DNA of 64,000 nt from Longimicrobiales bacterium (GCA_965226375.1 CBDDCX010000007.1:160001-224000), one strand, 5' to 3'; counted from the first letter of the stretch, positions 40,004 through 50,460 are shown. The notes: a model not told the origin generated them from the letters alone. Translations and numbers: made by a program.

Positions 40004-40973
40004 GTCGGTGCGGGGGCCGCCACCCCAGTATGTCGCGGGCCCGTGCGGAGCGATATGGATTGTCACGCAACGCGAGTCGAGCCACCCTCGAGGGGGCGAG
40101 GCCCTCCGCACCCGGAACCGAAAGGCGCAGTGCGTCGCCGAGCTGAGCCACACCGCGAATCAGGCCGGCGGGAAGACGGGCGAGGCGAGGCGTCTTTCCC
40201 AGTCCACTAGCGAGGCCCGTCAACAGCCCCTCTTGGGTCAAGGGGTGGTCCTCCGACAGGTTGAACGCCTGTCCCGCACCCCTCCCATCCAACGCCGACT
40301 CCACACCGGCGGCCACGTTGCCCGCGTATACGACCGCCACGGTGTTGTCGCCTGGCCCGAGCACCGGCACTACCGGTAGTCGCAGAAGCCGGGCCAACCG
40401 GGGCGTAAACAGCCGATCCCGCTCGCCGTAAACCACCGAAGGTCGAACCACGGTCACCGAGAGCCGGCCGGATTCGTGCAGATCCATCGCCACCCCCTCG
40501 GCCATCCTCTTCGATCTGGCATAGAGGTCTTTGGGGCGAAGGTGTCCGTCGAGGGGCCCCGTTTCGTCCGCCTCCGCGTCGACCTGCCCGTAGACAGCCA
40601 CCGACGAGATGTGGACGGCATGCTCGACTCCGGCCCGGGCAGCTCCCTCCAGGACGTTCCGCGTCCCATCCACGTTCACCGCGCGGACGCTGGGCCATTC
40701 CGTGCCGCTGTATACGACCGCCGCGCAGTGCACCACCCATCGGCACCCTTTCATGTGGGTGGCCAGCATCTCGGAGTCGTCACGGATGTCGCCCGCGGCC
40801 ACCGAACAACCGATCTCTCTGAGCAGTCCAGTGTTCGACGTCGGCCGTTGGAGGGCGACCACCTCGTGACCCGCCTCGAGTAGCCGCTCCGCGATATGCG
40901 ATCCCACCAGGCCCGAACCTCCCGTCAGGAATACTCGGGCCGGCAGTTCGGTCGGATGGACCTGGGCGTCCAC
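39954..40973 (-). CDS. NAD-dependent epimerase/dehydratase (extended SDR)
   Basis: TGGSGLVG, SSVAVYG, YARSK, RPSVVYG. Confidence 0.88.
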   Translation of the reverse strand: MDAQVHPTELPARVFLTGGSGLVGSHIAERLLEAGHEVVALQRPTSNTGLLREIGCSVAAGDIRDDSEMLATHMKGCRWVVHCAAVVYSGTEWPSVRAVNVDGTRNVLEGAARAGVEHAVHISSVAVYGQVDAEADETGPLDGHLRPKDLYARSKRMAEGVAMDLHESGRLSVTVVRPSVVYGERDRLFTPRLARLLRLPVVPVLGPGDNTVAVVYAGNVAAGVESALDGRGAGQAFNLSEDHPLTQEGLLTGLASGLGKTPRLARLPAGLIRGVAQLGDALRLSVPGAEGLAPSRVARLALRDNPYRSARARDILGWRPPHRHEESLRRTGEWLSGRT

Positions 40974-40978
40974 GCGCG

Positions 40979-41752
40979 TCAGTCGTTCCCGATCAGCGCC
41001 TGGGCCGTTGCCCGCATTGTCGGGAAGATCCCGCTGTGGTCGGAGTACTCCGGTAGGTTCTTGGCCATCTCCGCGTCGTAAGCATCGAGCCACCGCTGGA
41101 AGAACTCCCTCGCACTAGCCGAGTCACCCAGGGCGAGGGAGGCGTCCGCCGCACCCGCCAGACCCAGCAGATGTTCCGGCTGTTCGGCCAGAATCTCTTC
41201 TGCCGCATCAAGCGCCTCGTCGTTCAACGAACCCTGGAGACGCAGAAGTACCAGATGGAACTTGCCATCGGCGTCGAGATCTGCCACGAGCTCGTGGGCG
41301 CCAATGGCCATGGGCAGGAAGTTCGTCACCTCCGCGGCGTCTCCAGCCGACGCGGCGCTCATGACGCGATTGAACAATCGATCGGCCGCCTGCCGAGGCG
41401 TCATGCTCGAGAGATCGACCCCTGAGGCTCCGGTAGACGCGGTCGGCGCAGGTGCCGGGATGTCCCGCCCCGGGCCATACACGGGATACGCCACAACCAG
41501 GATGAGGCCTACCATGAGCGCTCCGGCCATGTACCAGACCGCCTGGTTCACCGGGCCGGTGGGCGAGTTCGCTCCAGCCGCCGCCTCGGCTTCCCCGCTG
41601 GTGGCGCCGACGGCTGTCCCGCACTGGTTGCAGAAGCGGGCTCCGGCGGCAGACTCCTGACCGCACTTCGGACAGGTCGCGGCGCCCTGCGCGGCCCCGC
41701 AATCAGAACAGAAGCGACCGCTAGTCTCCGACCCGCAGTTGGAACATTTCAT
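40979..41752 (-). CDS. Double zinc-ribbon membrane protein with TPR-like C-terminus
   Basis: Four CxxC pairs, one TM helix, helical tail. Confidence 0.75.
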   Translation of the reverse strand: MKCSNCGSETSGRFCSDCGAAQGAATCPKCGQESAAGARFCNQCGTAVGATSGEAEAAAGANSPTGPVNQAVWYMAGALMVGLILVVAYPVYGPGRDIPAPAPTASTGASGVDLSSMTPRQAADRLFNRVMSAASAGDAAEVTNFLPMAIGAHELVADLDADGKFHLVLLRLQGSLNDEALDAAEEILAEQPEHLLGLAGAADASLALGDSASAREFFQRWLDAYDAEMAKNLPEYSDHSGIFPTMRATAQALIGND

Positions 41753-44100
41753 GAACCGCTCTCGGCCTCCGTGCGCGGTCGCTCGCCACCGCCGGGGGTC
41801 ATCGCATTGAACAGCAAGGGCCACGTGGCCATGGTCTGTGCACGGTAGTTGGGCTGGAAACCTATCAGGACCACGGACCCGCTTCCTACCGACGCCTCCA
41901 CCACAGCCGCCTTACCGGCAAGGTATTCCGGCCCAAGAATCCAGCCCGACCTCACGGGGTTACCCTCGCTGTAGCGGGCCGTGACCCGGAGCTCGGGATC
42001 CTGCACGTCGAAGGCGCGGCTACTGCCCCAGTACCAGGCGGTGACCGACTCGTCCATGCCCTTGTTCAACGGATGTGCCGTGTCGAGTCGCAACTCCACA
42101 ATGGAGCCAGGAACGTAGAAGTCTCGTGACTCGAGGCGCTCCACGGCATTCGAGACCCCGAGGTTGAAGAGGTCCGCCACGAGCTCGGTCGCCGCCTCGA
42201 TGGCCACGATTCTGCCTCCCTCGTTCACAAAGGCTTCCAGAGCTCGCAGGCCTTCGTCACCCAAGCCCCCCACGTAGGGCTCTGGTAAGGTACCGGCAGC
42301 GTAACCCCGAGAGATCGAGGTGGGGCTCTGGTCCTGGAAAACGATGACGTCGTAGTCTCTCCTGAGAGAACCCTCTCTGGCTCGGGCATCCTTCAGGGTG
42401 TCGTACTGCAGACCGTGCTGGTCGAACACCCAGCGCGTCCATCCGGCTTCCATGGGCTCCTGCCAGGATTTGTACATCGCGATCCTCGGCGCGTCGGACC
42501 CCTCCAAACCCGACGGGAGACTGAACGCGAAGTCGGGCGTCGCAATCGGGTCACCGGCCACGACGGCATCCAGACCGGGTTCCAAACGCTCCACGGCCAT
42601 GGCCTCGACGTTCATGAGGAGCGGCAGCGTGTGCGCGGTCACGTCATACGGCCGCCGGGGAGGACCGCCCGGGTACTCGCGAAGGTCCGGATAGTGCTGC
42701 ACCTCGAGCATGGTCTGAGCGAACGCCGCGTACGGCTGATTCATGGGAATCAGGTAGGTGCCGGCCTCGTAGCGGTTCCCGTCCGCCTGAAACGCCTGCG
42801 ACGCTTCGTGTACCTCCACATCACCCATTCGCAAGATGCGGAGTATGTATGCCAGGCCACCCGGGTTCGCCTGGTCTGCGGGGAGTACCCAGGCACTGGG
42901 CCACTCGTCCCACCCGTTCACGGCCCGCTCGTTGACCCGATAGAAGTTCTCGAGCCAGTAGCGGCGGTTTTTGGCCGCATTGCTCAGCAGCGCCATCGCA
43001 CCGGCATCCTGATAGTCCACGATGTCTGGGAGGCCCCAATCCCCACCCCGCCAGGGATCGGGGTAGTTGGCCGATGCGACCGCAGCGTCGTAGCCCCGAC
43101 CGCCGCCGACGCGCTCCGGGGGGATGGTCACGGTCGTCGCAATCCGTGCCGAGGCCGTTTCGGAAAGGATGCGGGCCCCGCCGTGATAATGTTGGTAAGC
43201 ACGCGCAGGGGTAAAGCCGTCGTAGATGGCATCTACCACCACTCCGTCCTTGCCCTGGGACGTCAGCTCAGCGGCCATGAACGTGCCCAACATGTTGACG
43301 GCCGTAACCAGGCCCGGGTCCACGTTGTGCTCGATGGGGTCGATGTAGGGCGGAAAGAAAATGCGAGCACCATTGCCGCCCATCTGATGGATGTCGTGCA
43401 CGATCTGCGGATGCCACGCGTTGTGGGCACCAAGCACGGTGTGTTGAGTCTCCTTCTGCGTGAACGCGTACCAGTCCCGGTTGTTGTCGTGTCCCACGTA
43501 GTAGTGGTACAGCCAGGGCATGGGCCCGGCCTCGTATTCGGTGTCGAGCCACTGGTTGTACCAATCCACAACCCACTCCGTCCCGTCGGGATTGAGGGAC
43601 GGGATGTCCAGAAGGATGACGTTGTCCAGAATCTCGCGAACCTTCGCGTCGTCGGACGAAGCCAGGCGGTGGGCCAAGCGGGCAGCCGTCTGGGCCCCAC
43701 CCACCTCGGTCGAGTGGATGGCGTGGGTGATCAGCACCACCGCACGCCCCGTGTCGAGCAAGCGGGAGAGTTCTTCTTCACCGGAGACCCGGCGGGGATC
43801 GGACAACTTCATCTGGATGGCGTGAAGTTCGTCGATGCGGGCCTGATTCTCCTCGCTCGTGATCGTGAGCATCACGAACGGACGACCCATCGTGGTCGCT
43901 CCGAGCGTGTCTATTTGTACGCGCTGACTCGTTTCGGCCAGTTTCTCGTAGTACGAAGTGAGCTGGGTCCAATTCGCCATCTGGCGCTCCGCGCCTATCT
44001 CGAAACCGAAGTGGGATCGGGGCGTAGGAACGTTTTGGGCCGCGAGCAGGCTCACGGTGACGAAGCAGAGGGCCGGACCCGCCAGGAACCGGTAGGACAT
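41749..44100 (-). CDS. Secreted M14 zinc carboxypeptidase
   Basis: IHSTE, NPDG, HDNNRD, DIHQMG; start MSYRF with signal peptide. Confidence 0.88.
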   Translation of the reverse strand: MSYRFLAGPALCFVTVSLLAAQNVPTPRSHFGFEIGAERQMANWTQLTSYYEKLAETSQRVQIDTLGATTMGRPFVMLTITSEENQARIDELHAIQMKLSDPRRVSGEEELSRLLDTGRAVVLITHAIHSTEVGGAQTAARLAHRLASSDDAKVREILDNVILLDIPSLNPDGTEWVVDWYNQWLDTEYEAGPMPWLYHYYVGHDNNRDWYAFTQKETQHTVLGAHNAWHPQIVHDIHQMGGNGARIFFPPYIDPIEHNVDPGLVTAVNMLGTFMAAELTSQGKDGVVVDAIYDGFTPARAYQHYHGGARILSETASARIATTVTIPPERVGGGRGYDAAVASANYPDPWRGGDWGLPDIVDYQDAGAMALLSNAAKNRRYWLENFYRVNERAVNGWDEWPSAWVLPADQANPGGLAYILRILRMGDVEVHEASQAFQADGNRYEAGTYLIPMNQPYAAFAQTMLEVQHYPDLREYPGGPPRRPYDVTAHTLPLLMNVEAMAVERLEPGLDAVVAGDPIATPDFAFSLPSGLEGSDAPRIAMYKSWQEPMEAGWTRWVFDQHGLQYDTLKDARAREGSLRRDYDVIVFQDQSPTSISRGYAAGTLPEPYVGGLGDEGLRALEAFVNEGGRIVAIEAATELVADLFNLGVSNAVERLESRDFYVPGSIVELRLDTAHPLNKGMDESVTAWYWGSSRAFDVQDPELRVTARYSEGNPVRSGWILGPEYLAGKAAVVEASVGSGSVVLIGFQPNYRAQTMATWPLLFNAMTPGGGERPRTEAESGS

Positions 44101-44527
44101 ATGGTTTCCTCCAAGGATGTACAGCCGGAAATGCACGGTGATCGTACCTACGACCCATACGGGGGGCAACCTCTCATGAAGGAGACGTCTTCGAGGCCAT
44201 GATCGCCGCGCTCGGCCCCTTTCTCGCAGCCGCCTCCCTCCAGGTCGCGCCCCCGACACCCGTACCGGCAGACACCTATCGGGATGAGGGCGTCCGGGCG
44301 ATTCTGGCCAGCGCGGCCGCCGCCCGCGAGCGAGACATGGAGGGTATTCTCAGCTACGAAGGGCTTGCTCGTGAGAGGATCTACGTGGGACTGAAGGTGA
44401 CCCGTTCCCGTCGTGAGCGGGGTCTCTTCGACGGTGAGCGCGTAGCCCGGATCCGTTGGGAAAGGGGCGGCGATGGTCAAGTCCCGAGTTGTGTGTAAAA
44501 GTGAGAGGAAGCTCCTCGATGCTTCGG

Positions 44528-45709
44528 TTAGGCTGCCTTGGCGACCTCCTTGGGTTCGAGAAGCGTGAGATCGAGGTAGCGGCGTTCGCTCCAGACCGCA
44601 GTAGTCTTCAGAGCAACCGCGGTGATGAGGCGGAGCGCACTGGCTCGGTCGGGGAAGGCGCCGGCGCTCCGGATCCGACGCTTGATCTCGGTGTGCAGGC
44701 GCTCGAGGCTGTTCGTGGTGCGTAGCCTGGCCCAGTGGGGCTCGGGGAACGCGTAGAACTGGGTGGCGGCCGTGAAGCCCCGCTCGAGCACCTTCATTGC
44801 CTCGGGGAGCTCCTCTTGCCAGCGCGTCGTGATCTCGGCCAGGCGCTTCTTCGCCTCAGCGAGCCCGGGGGCCCGGAAGACGGCGGCAACCTCGCGCGCC
44901 ACACGCTTGCGCAGGCGATGCGGGACCTTGGCCAGCACGTTGCGTTGCAGGTGCACGGTGCAGCGCTGACGGCGCACCTCAGGCAGGAAGCGGCGCACCG
45001 CAGCTGCCAGGCCCGCGTGCTTGTCGGCGATCACCAGTTCGACGCCGCTGAGACCTCGCTCCAGGAGCTGCTCGAGGAGCTCCGACCAACTGTCCTCTGA
45101 CTCCTCAGGGCCTAGCGTGATGGCCAGGAGCCGGCGGTGACCGTCCGGATCCACCGCGTAGGCCACGAGCGCGCTCACGTTCTCGACCTTCCTGGCCCAG
45201 CGCGCATCGAGGAACGTCGCGTCCAGATACAGATAGGGGTGAGGCCCCTCGATGGGTGCGCTCCGCAGCGCTTCTACAGCCCCATCGAGCCGCTTCGCGA
45301 CCCGCCTTACCGTCGAGCGTCCCACGCGCTCACCCAGCAGTGCTTCAGTCACGTCGCCCATCTTGCGCTGCGACACACCGCTCACGTAGGCCTCCACCAT
45401 CATCTCGTCCACTTCTTCACTCCTGCGCCGGTAGCGGCCCATCACGTCGGCGGGCGAGCCGCCTTCCCGGCTGCGCGGCACCATCACGTCGATCTGACCC
45501 AAGCTCGTGAGCAGGCGCCTGAGGTACGTGCCGTTCCTGTGGTCCTTCCGGCTGCCGACCCGCTCGAAACGACGCGCTCCGACCATCGCTTTCAACTCCT
45601 CCTCCAGCACCATCTCGAGCGTAACACGAATCGCGCCCTGAAACAACGACTTCAAATCCTGCCGTAACTCTTCTTGCGTGGCCCGCTCAACTTCAACCAT
45701 CTTTTCCAT
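44528..45709 (-). CDS. IS256-family transposase
   Basis: YLYLDAT, IADKHAGL, QRCTVH, RTTNSLER..EIKRR; the element's own inner end is near 45818. Confidence 0.95.
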   Translation of the reverse strand: MEKMVEVERATQEELRQDLKSLFQGAIRVTLEMVLEEELKAMVGARRFERVGSRKDHRNGTYLRRLLTSLGQIDVMVPRSREGGSPADVMGRYRRRSEEVDEMMVEAYVSGVSQRKMGDVTEALLGERVGRSTVRRVAKRLDGAVEALRSAPIEGPHPYLYLDATFLDARWARKVENVSALVAYAVDPDGHRRLLAITLGPEESEDSWSELLEQLLERGLSGVELVIADKHAGLAAAVRRFLPEVRRQRCTVHLQRNVLAKVPHRLRKRVAREVAAVFRAPGLAEAKKRLAEITTRWQEELPEAMKVLERGFTAATQFYAFPEPHWARLRTTNSLERLHTEIKRRIRSAGAFPDRASALRLITAVALKTTAVWSERRYLDLTLLEPKEVAKAA

Positions 45710-45818
45710 GAGGAAGCTCCTTTCCGGTTCCGGACCTGCTGGCGCAGGCCCGGACTCCCCGGGTTCGTGTCATGATGAACATTCACAAGGAGCTTCCTCT
45801 CTTTTTCCCGGGCTGTCC

Positions 45819-46607
45819 GGATACCGAGGCGGATCCACCAGGCACTCAGGCGTGTGAGGCGAGCGAGGCCGATGGAAGCGAAGGGCGTACCATTGTCGGA
45901 GCGGATGACGGCGGGCAGACCGAACTCGCGGAAAGTCCTGATGAACACAGGCTTGGCGAGCTCGATCGACGTGGAATACAGCCCTGTGCACTCGAGCAGG
46001 AACCGGCTGAAGCCGTCCTGGATCGTGAGGGGGTAGCAGTAGCGACCGTTGCGCATCTTGAACTGCCCTTTGAAGTCGACGGTCCAGACCGCATTGGGCT
46101 CATCCATCGCAGTGAGCGGCTTGCCGGGGTGGCCCGGTTTGCCGGAGCGTCTGCGCTTCTTCGTGATCAGGTCGTGACGCTCGAAGATGCGATCGATCGT
46201 CCTGCGAGCTGGGGCCGAGCCAAACTTCTCAGCTGTGAGTTTACGGATCTTGCGTGATCCCCATCCGTAGCGCTGACGCAGGTCGACGACGTGTTCGACG
46301 ATCGGCTCCTCCACGGCGTGCGGGCAGTGATGGGGTCGGCGCGATCGCTCTTGAAGTCCCTCGAATCCCTCTGCGCGGAAGCGATTCCACCAGGTGTATC
46401 CCGCGGTCCTGCTGATACCGTAGCGCCTACAGGACTCGGCGAAACTGAACGTCCGTTGTTGCACTTCGAGGATGAAGCGTACTCTTTGCTCGTACATGGT
46501 CGACCGGTTCCAGTCCATCGGGCTCTCCTTGTTGCAGAACCCTGGTTGATAGGAACCTGTCAACCATCAGTGTAGGCCATTGTGTAAAGGATCAGGGTAG
46601 GCTGTAC
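45819..46607 (-). mobile_element. IS481-family element, 3'-truncated
   Basis: ORF from ATG 46518: HTH, WTVDFKG, DGFSR, IRSDNG; stops at WIRLGI before the catalytic Glu; repeated TGT-initiated terminal motifs at 46558-46607. Confidence 0.85.
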
Positions 46608-46640
46608 CCCCCGGACCCCTCACCCCCTTTTACACAAAAG

Positions 46641-47703
46641 GGGGTATTCCCTTAAGTCCACCGACCCCAAGATATAGTGGTTACCGGGGCTCTGCGGGCC
46701 GTTTCCCACGTCCGGTGCCGAGGTAAAGGGCCGAAGCTGGCGTGGGAGCACACTGAACAGCCTGCTCAAGCAAGCGGTAGAACAACAGGCCGCGAGCCCG
46801 GGATGTGCGTCGGTTGAAGCGAAAGGTGAACTCGTCCAGATAGTAGGGGAGGTGTTCGCGGGCGATCCCTCCTTGGAGGGTTCCGAGGACCCAGCGCTTG
46901 AGGAGAGACGCCACCCGATGTACGGCCGACATGAGCACGTGAGCGGGATCGCCGGAGGTCGAGAGGTTCGTGACCGTGTGGCGAAAGCCCAGTTTGGCGA
47001 GTCCCTGATAGCTTGGCCATCCGTCGGTATGCACCGTGCTTGCCGGTGCGATGCTATCCTTGACGAAGCCTCGCAGAACCGGAGCGGAGAGGTCGGGCAC
47101 CCAACGCAGCCGTATTCTCCCGATCTTGCGTCCGTCGACCTCGGCGGCGATCGCGACGATGGCCTTCTTGATCGTCTCGCGGCCCCGCACTCCAGCCTCC
47201 ACGCCCCCGACATAGCTCTCGTCCACTTGCACAACGCCGCTCAGCTGGTCGCGATCCGGTCGGACCATGGCCCGGCGGAGCTTGTGGAGCCAGACCCACG
47301 CTGTCTTGTAGCTTCCCAGTCCGAGCACGCGCTGGAGCCCGAGAGCATTGGCTCCGTATTTCTGGCTCGTGAGCTCCCAGGCAGCGAGAAACCACAGACG
47401 CAGGGGCGAGCGCGTGCGGTGGAACACGGTTCCCGCCAGCACCGAGGTCTGCCTTCGACAGTGTGGGCAGACGAGACGCCCCCGCGATGCTCGCCAGACC
47501 TCTCCCAACCCGCCACAGCCCACGCACACAAACCCTTCCGGCCAGCGCAGACCCTCCACGTACTCCAGGCATGCCGCATCGTCGGGGAAGAACTCGTCCA
47601 GCTCCAGCCGCGTACGGGGATAGTCCACGCCGCCACGGAGCTGAGAAGCCGGAACCGCCATGACCACAACATGTAGTGGGCGGTGGACTTAAGGCAATAC
47701 CCC
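46641..47703 (-). mobile_element. IS1595-family insertion sequence
   Basis: 23-bp IRs GGGGTATT(C/G)CCTTAAGTCCACCG (22 of 23 match); no TSD visible. Confidence 0.9.
46681..47661 (-). CDS. IS1595-family transposase
   Basis: Zinc ribbon CVGC/CPHC, VDESY, HTDG..SY, YLDEFTFRFNRR. Confidence 0.93.
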   Translation of the reverse strand: MAVPASQLRGGVDYPRTRLELDEFFPDDAACLEYVEGLRWPEGFVCVGCGGLGEVWRASRGRLVCPHCRRQTSVLAGTVFHRTRSPLRLWFLAAWELTSQKYGANALGLQRVLGLGSYKTAWVWLHKLRRAMVRPDRDQLSGVVQVDESYVGGVEAGVRGRETIKKAIVAIAAEVDGRKIGRIRLRWVPDLSAPVLRGFVKDSIAPASTVHTDGWPSYQGLAKLGFRHTVTNLSTSGDPAHVLMSAVHRVASLLKRWVLGTLQGGIAREHLPYYLDEFTFRFNRRTSRARGLLFYRLLEQAVQCAPTPASALYLGTGRGKRPAEPR

Positions 47704-49578
47704 ATTTACACAAATATCGCGACACTACCGCGGCGATCGCTACATCGAATGGATCGGCGCTCGTTATCGAGTGCCCCTGGTGGGAAACAGCGGCGAGATA
47801 CAGGCGGAGATCAACGAGGACCTCGAGGAGGAGCTCATGGACGAGCTGCCGGCCGCGCTGGAGTTCGACCCCTGGGACGACCGCATGCTCTTCGGTGACG
47901 AGTGGGTACTCCATCCGCTCTCGGATTCAGCGGCCCTGCACTATCGCTTCAGCTCGGGCGACACCCTGCGACTGTCGCTTCCGGACCGGTCCCTTACCAT
48001 GATCGAGGTCCAGGTCGAACCCAGGAGGCCGGATATTCATCTGGTGGCGGGTTCACTCTGGTTCGATCAGGACTCGGGCAGCCTGGTGAGGGCCAGCTAC
48101 AAACCGGCCCGACCGTTCGACCTGGAGCTCATCGAGCCGGAGGACGCTGAAGAAGTGCCCGGCCTGCTCAAGCCGATTACCGCCGAGATCGAGTACGTCA
48201 CCGTCGAGTACAGTCTCCACGAGTTCCGGTACTGGCTACCGAGGCGGTTCGCTCTGGAGGGCGAGGCCACGGTGGGCCGCTTTCTCCAGATCCCCCTTAC
48301 GGCCGAGTGGACCGTGTCCGGGTATACCGTGAACGAAGAAGAGTCCGAGATGCCGATCTCAGGGCCACTCCCTGCCGGATGGACGCGATCCGAGCATCGA
48401 CGGGAGCGGGACGGGGAGGTGCGCTATGTGACCGTCGTCATGCCTCCGACCGATTCCATCATCAACTCTTCTGAGCTGTCCGAGGCTACGGTGGATCGTG
48501 CGCCCACGGCGTTCAGCGACCGAGAGATCGATGAATTGAAGGGCGAGCTCGAGGATCTCCTGCCTTCACAGGCCCGGCCCGGCCCCGTCTGGGCCTACGG
48601 ACTTCTTGAAGGCATGACCCGCTACAACCGGGTCGAAGGACTGAGCCTAGGTACCACCGGCACGCTTCCCTTGCCCCGTCGCTTCAGCCTTCGGGCGGAG
48701 GGACGCATCGGCACGGCAGACTGGCAGCCGAGGGGTGAACTCACTCTCTACCGAGGGGAGGCGGACAGGGGATGGGCGCTGTCCGGCTATAGACGACTGG
48801 ATTACGGCTCCGACTGGGCAGGACCGCTGGAGTTCACTCGGTCCGTGAACAACCTTCTCGGCGGTCACGACCACGGTGCGTTCTTCGACGCCTTCGGGGG
48901 AGAGGTCAGTCTGGTCTCGTCAGGCCGGGCGTCGCGAAGGACCATGCGGTTGTTCTTCGAGGAGCACCGGGAGGTGTCGAAGGAAACCGACTTCTACCTG
49001 CAGCGCGCGATCGGGTCCGACGACAACATGCCCGAGAACATTTCTGCGCTCGAGGGCTCCGTGTTCGGGGGCGAGATCGAGCTGCGGGGACATCGCGGCG
49101 TCGACCCCGCCGCACTCATGCTCTCCGGCCGCGTCGTCGTCGAGGGTGGAGCGGGCGAGCTCGAGTATTGGCGCTGGCTCGCCAGTGGGACGCTGGCTCA
49201 CCCATTGCCGTTCCGCCTGGTCGGAGCCGTCGAGGGCGGCCTGGGCATGGCGGCCGAAGACACCCCCGTCCAACGTCACTTCTATCTTGGGGGGCCCGAG
49301 ACGTTCCGTGGGATGTACACGGGGGAACTGACGGGGAGCGCATTCTGGTTCGGACGCACCGAGGTGGCAAACGATTTCCCGGCTGCCCGTGTCGTGGCAT
49401 TCGCCGACTTCGCGTGGGTCGGACGAGAGGAGAGGTTCGACACGAAGGGGTTCGCCGCGTCCGCGGGCATCGGCGCCTCCCTGCTGGACGGTCTCCTGCG
49501 TATGGACCTGGCCCACGTGCTGAAGGGCGATGACGGGACTCGACTACACATCTACTTCGACGGGCTCTTTTAGACCCC

Positions 49579-50331
49579 TCAAAGGCCGGTTGGCGCGTCG
49601 ATGAACTCCCAGGGCACGCCGAAGCGCTCCTCGATGTGAGCGCCCAGGGCCTTCACTCCCCACGTCTCCGTTGCGTAGTGCCCGGCGTAGAGCGCATTCA
49701 CCCCATACTCCATGGCGTCGTTGAAGGTGTGGTGGGAGCCTTCACCCGTCAGAAGGGCATCCAGGGCAAACTCCGCGGCGTCCGGAATCAGGCTAGCGGC
49801 GGCGCCCGTGACGACACCGATTCGGTAGACGTGCTCAGGCCCGCCCGGAATGAGACGGACCGGGCCACGTAAGACCTCGGACACCTGCTCGACCAGGGCG
49901 CCACGCTCGACGTCCACCTCACACCACCAACCGAAGTCACGCCCTTGGTGCCGCCCGAAGCGGCCGGAGGGCTCCCAGCCCATCTCTCTGCATAGGACGG
50001 CACAGTTGCCCACCTCGACGTGGGCGTCGAGCGGCAGGTGGCAGCCGTAGAGAGCGGTGCCACCTTGAATGAGCGACCGTAGCTTCCTGAAGCGAGGGCC
50101 GGTGACCCGGGTTCGCCCATCCCAGAACAGCCCGTGGTGCACGATGAGTAGGTCCGCACCCCGCTCGACGGCCTGCAGGATCACGGCCTCGCTCGCGTCC
50201 ACCGCCACCGCCAAACGCTCAACCTCCGCCGGCCCCGCCACCTGCAGTCCGTTGTGGGCCGACTCATGGTCCGGAAAGCCCTCTACTTCAAGATATTCTC
50301 CGAGGTATTGGAGCAGAGATTCTAATTTCAT
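49579..50331 (-). CDS. Nif3/YbgI-like dinuclear metal protein
   Basis: NGLQV, HHGLFW, HLPLDAH..GN, GHYATE. Confidence 0.92.
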   Translation of the reverse strand: MKLESLLQYLGEYLEVEGFPDHESAHNGLQVAGPAEVERLAVAVDASEAVILQAVERGADLLIVHHGLFWDGRTRVTGPRFRKLRSLIQGGTALYGCHLPLDAHVEVGNCAVLCREMGWEPSGRFGRHQGRDFGWWCEVDVERGALVEQVSEVLRGPVRLIPGGPEHVYRIGVVTGAAASLIPDAAEFALDALLTGEGSHHTFNDAMEYGVNALYAGHYATETWGVKALGAHIEERFGVPWEFIDAPTGL

Positions 50332-50349
50332 CGATAGAACCCGGAGGGG

Positions 50350-50460
50350 TGTGGAAAAGTAGGGCCTTCAGGAGCCGGAACGGTCGAACAGAGACCCGCG
50401 CGTGTACGATAAGTGACTGTCCACCAACGACATAACCAGATTGTCCACTATTGTGGAAAT
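50350..50460. promoter_or_regulatory. Cluster of DnaA-box-like 9-mers
   Basis: TGTGGAAAA 50350, CTGTCCACC 50417, TTGTCCACT 50441, TGTGGAAAT 50452. Confidence 0.5.

Larger units (their letters stand above)
44475..47729. mobile_element. Composite/nested element with IS256-type outer ends and 8-bp TSD GCGGCGAT
   Basis: TSD at 44467-44474 and 47730-47737; ends GGTCAAGTCCCGAGTTGTGTGTAAA and (reverse complement) GGTAGTGTCGCGATATTTGTGTAAA. Confidence 0.88.
44199..49573 (+). pseudogene. Outer-membrane beta-barrel protein gene split by IS cluster (44199-44474 plus 47738-49573)
   Basis: Removing the insert and one TSD copy restores ...WERGGD|RYIEWIGARYRVPLVG, 703 aa; RYNRVEGL motif, amphipathic strands, terminal Phe. 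Confidence 0.85.

Noticed and set aside
45652..46563. Full-length 303-aa IS481 transposase
   Set aside because: Sequence after WIRLGI is read-through into the IS256 end; the catalytic Glu region is missing
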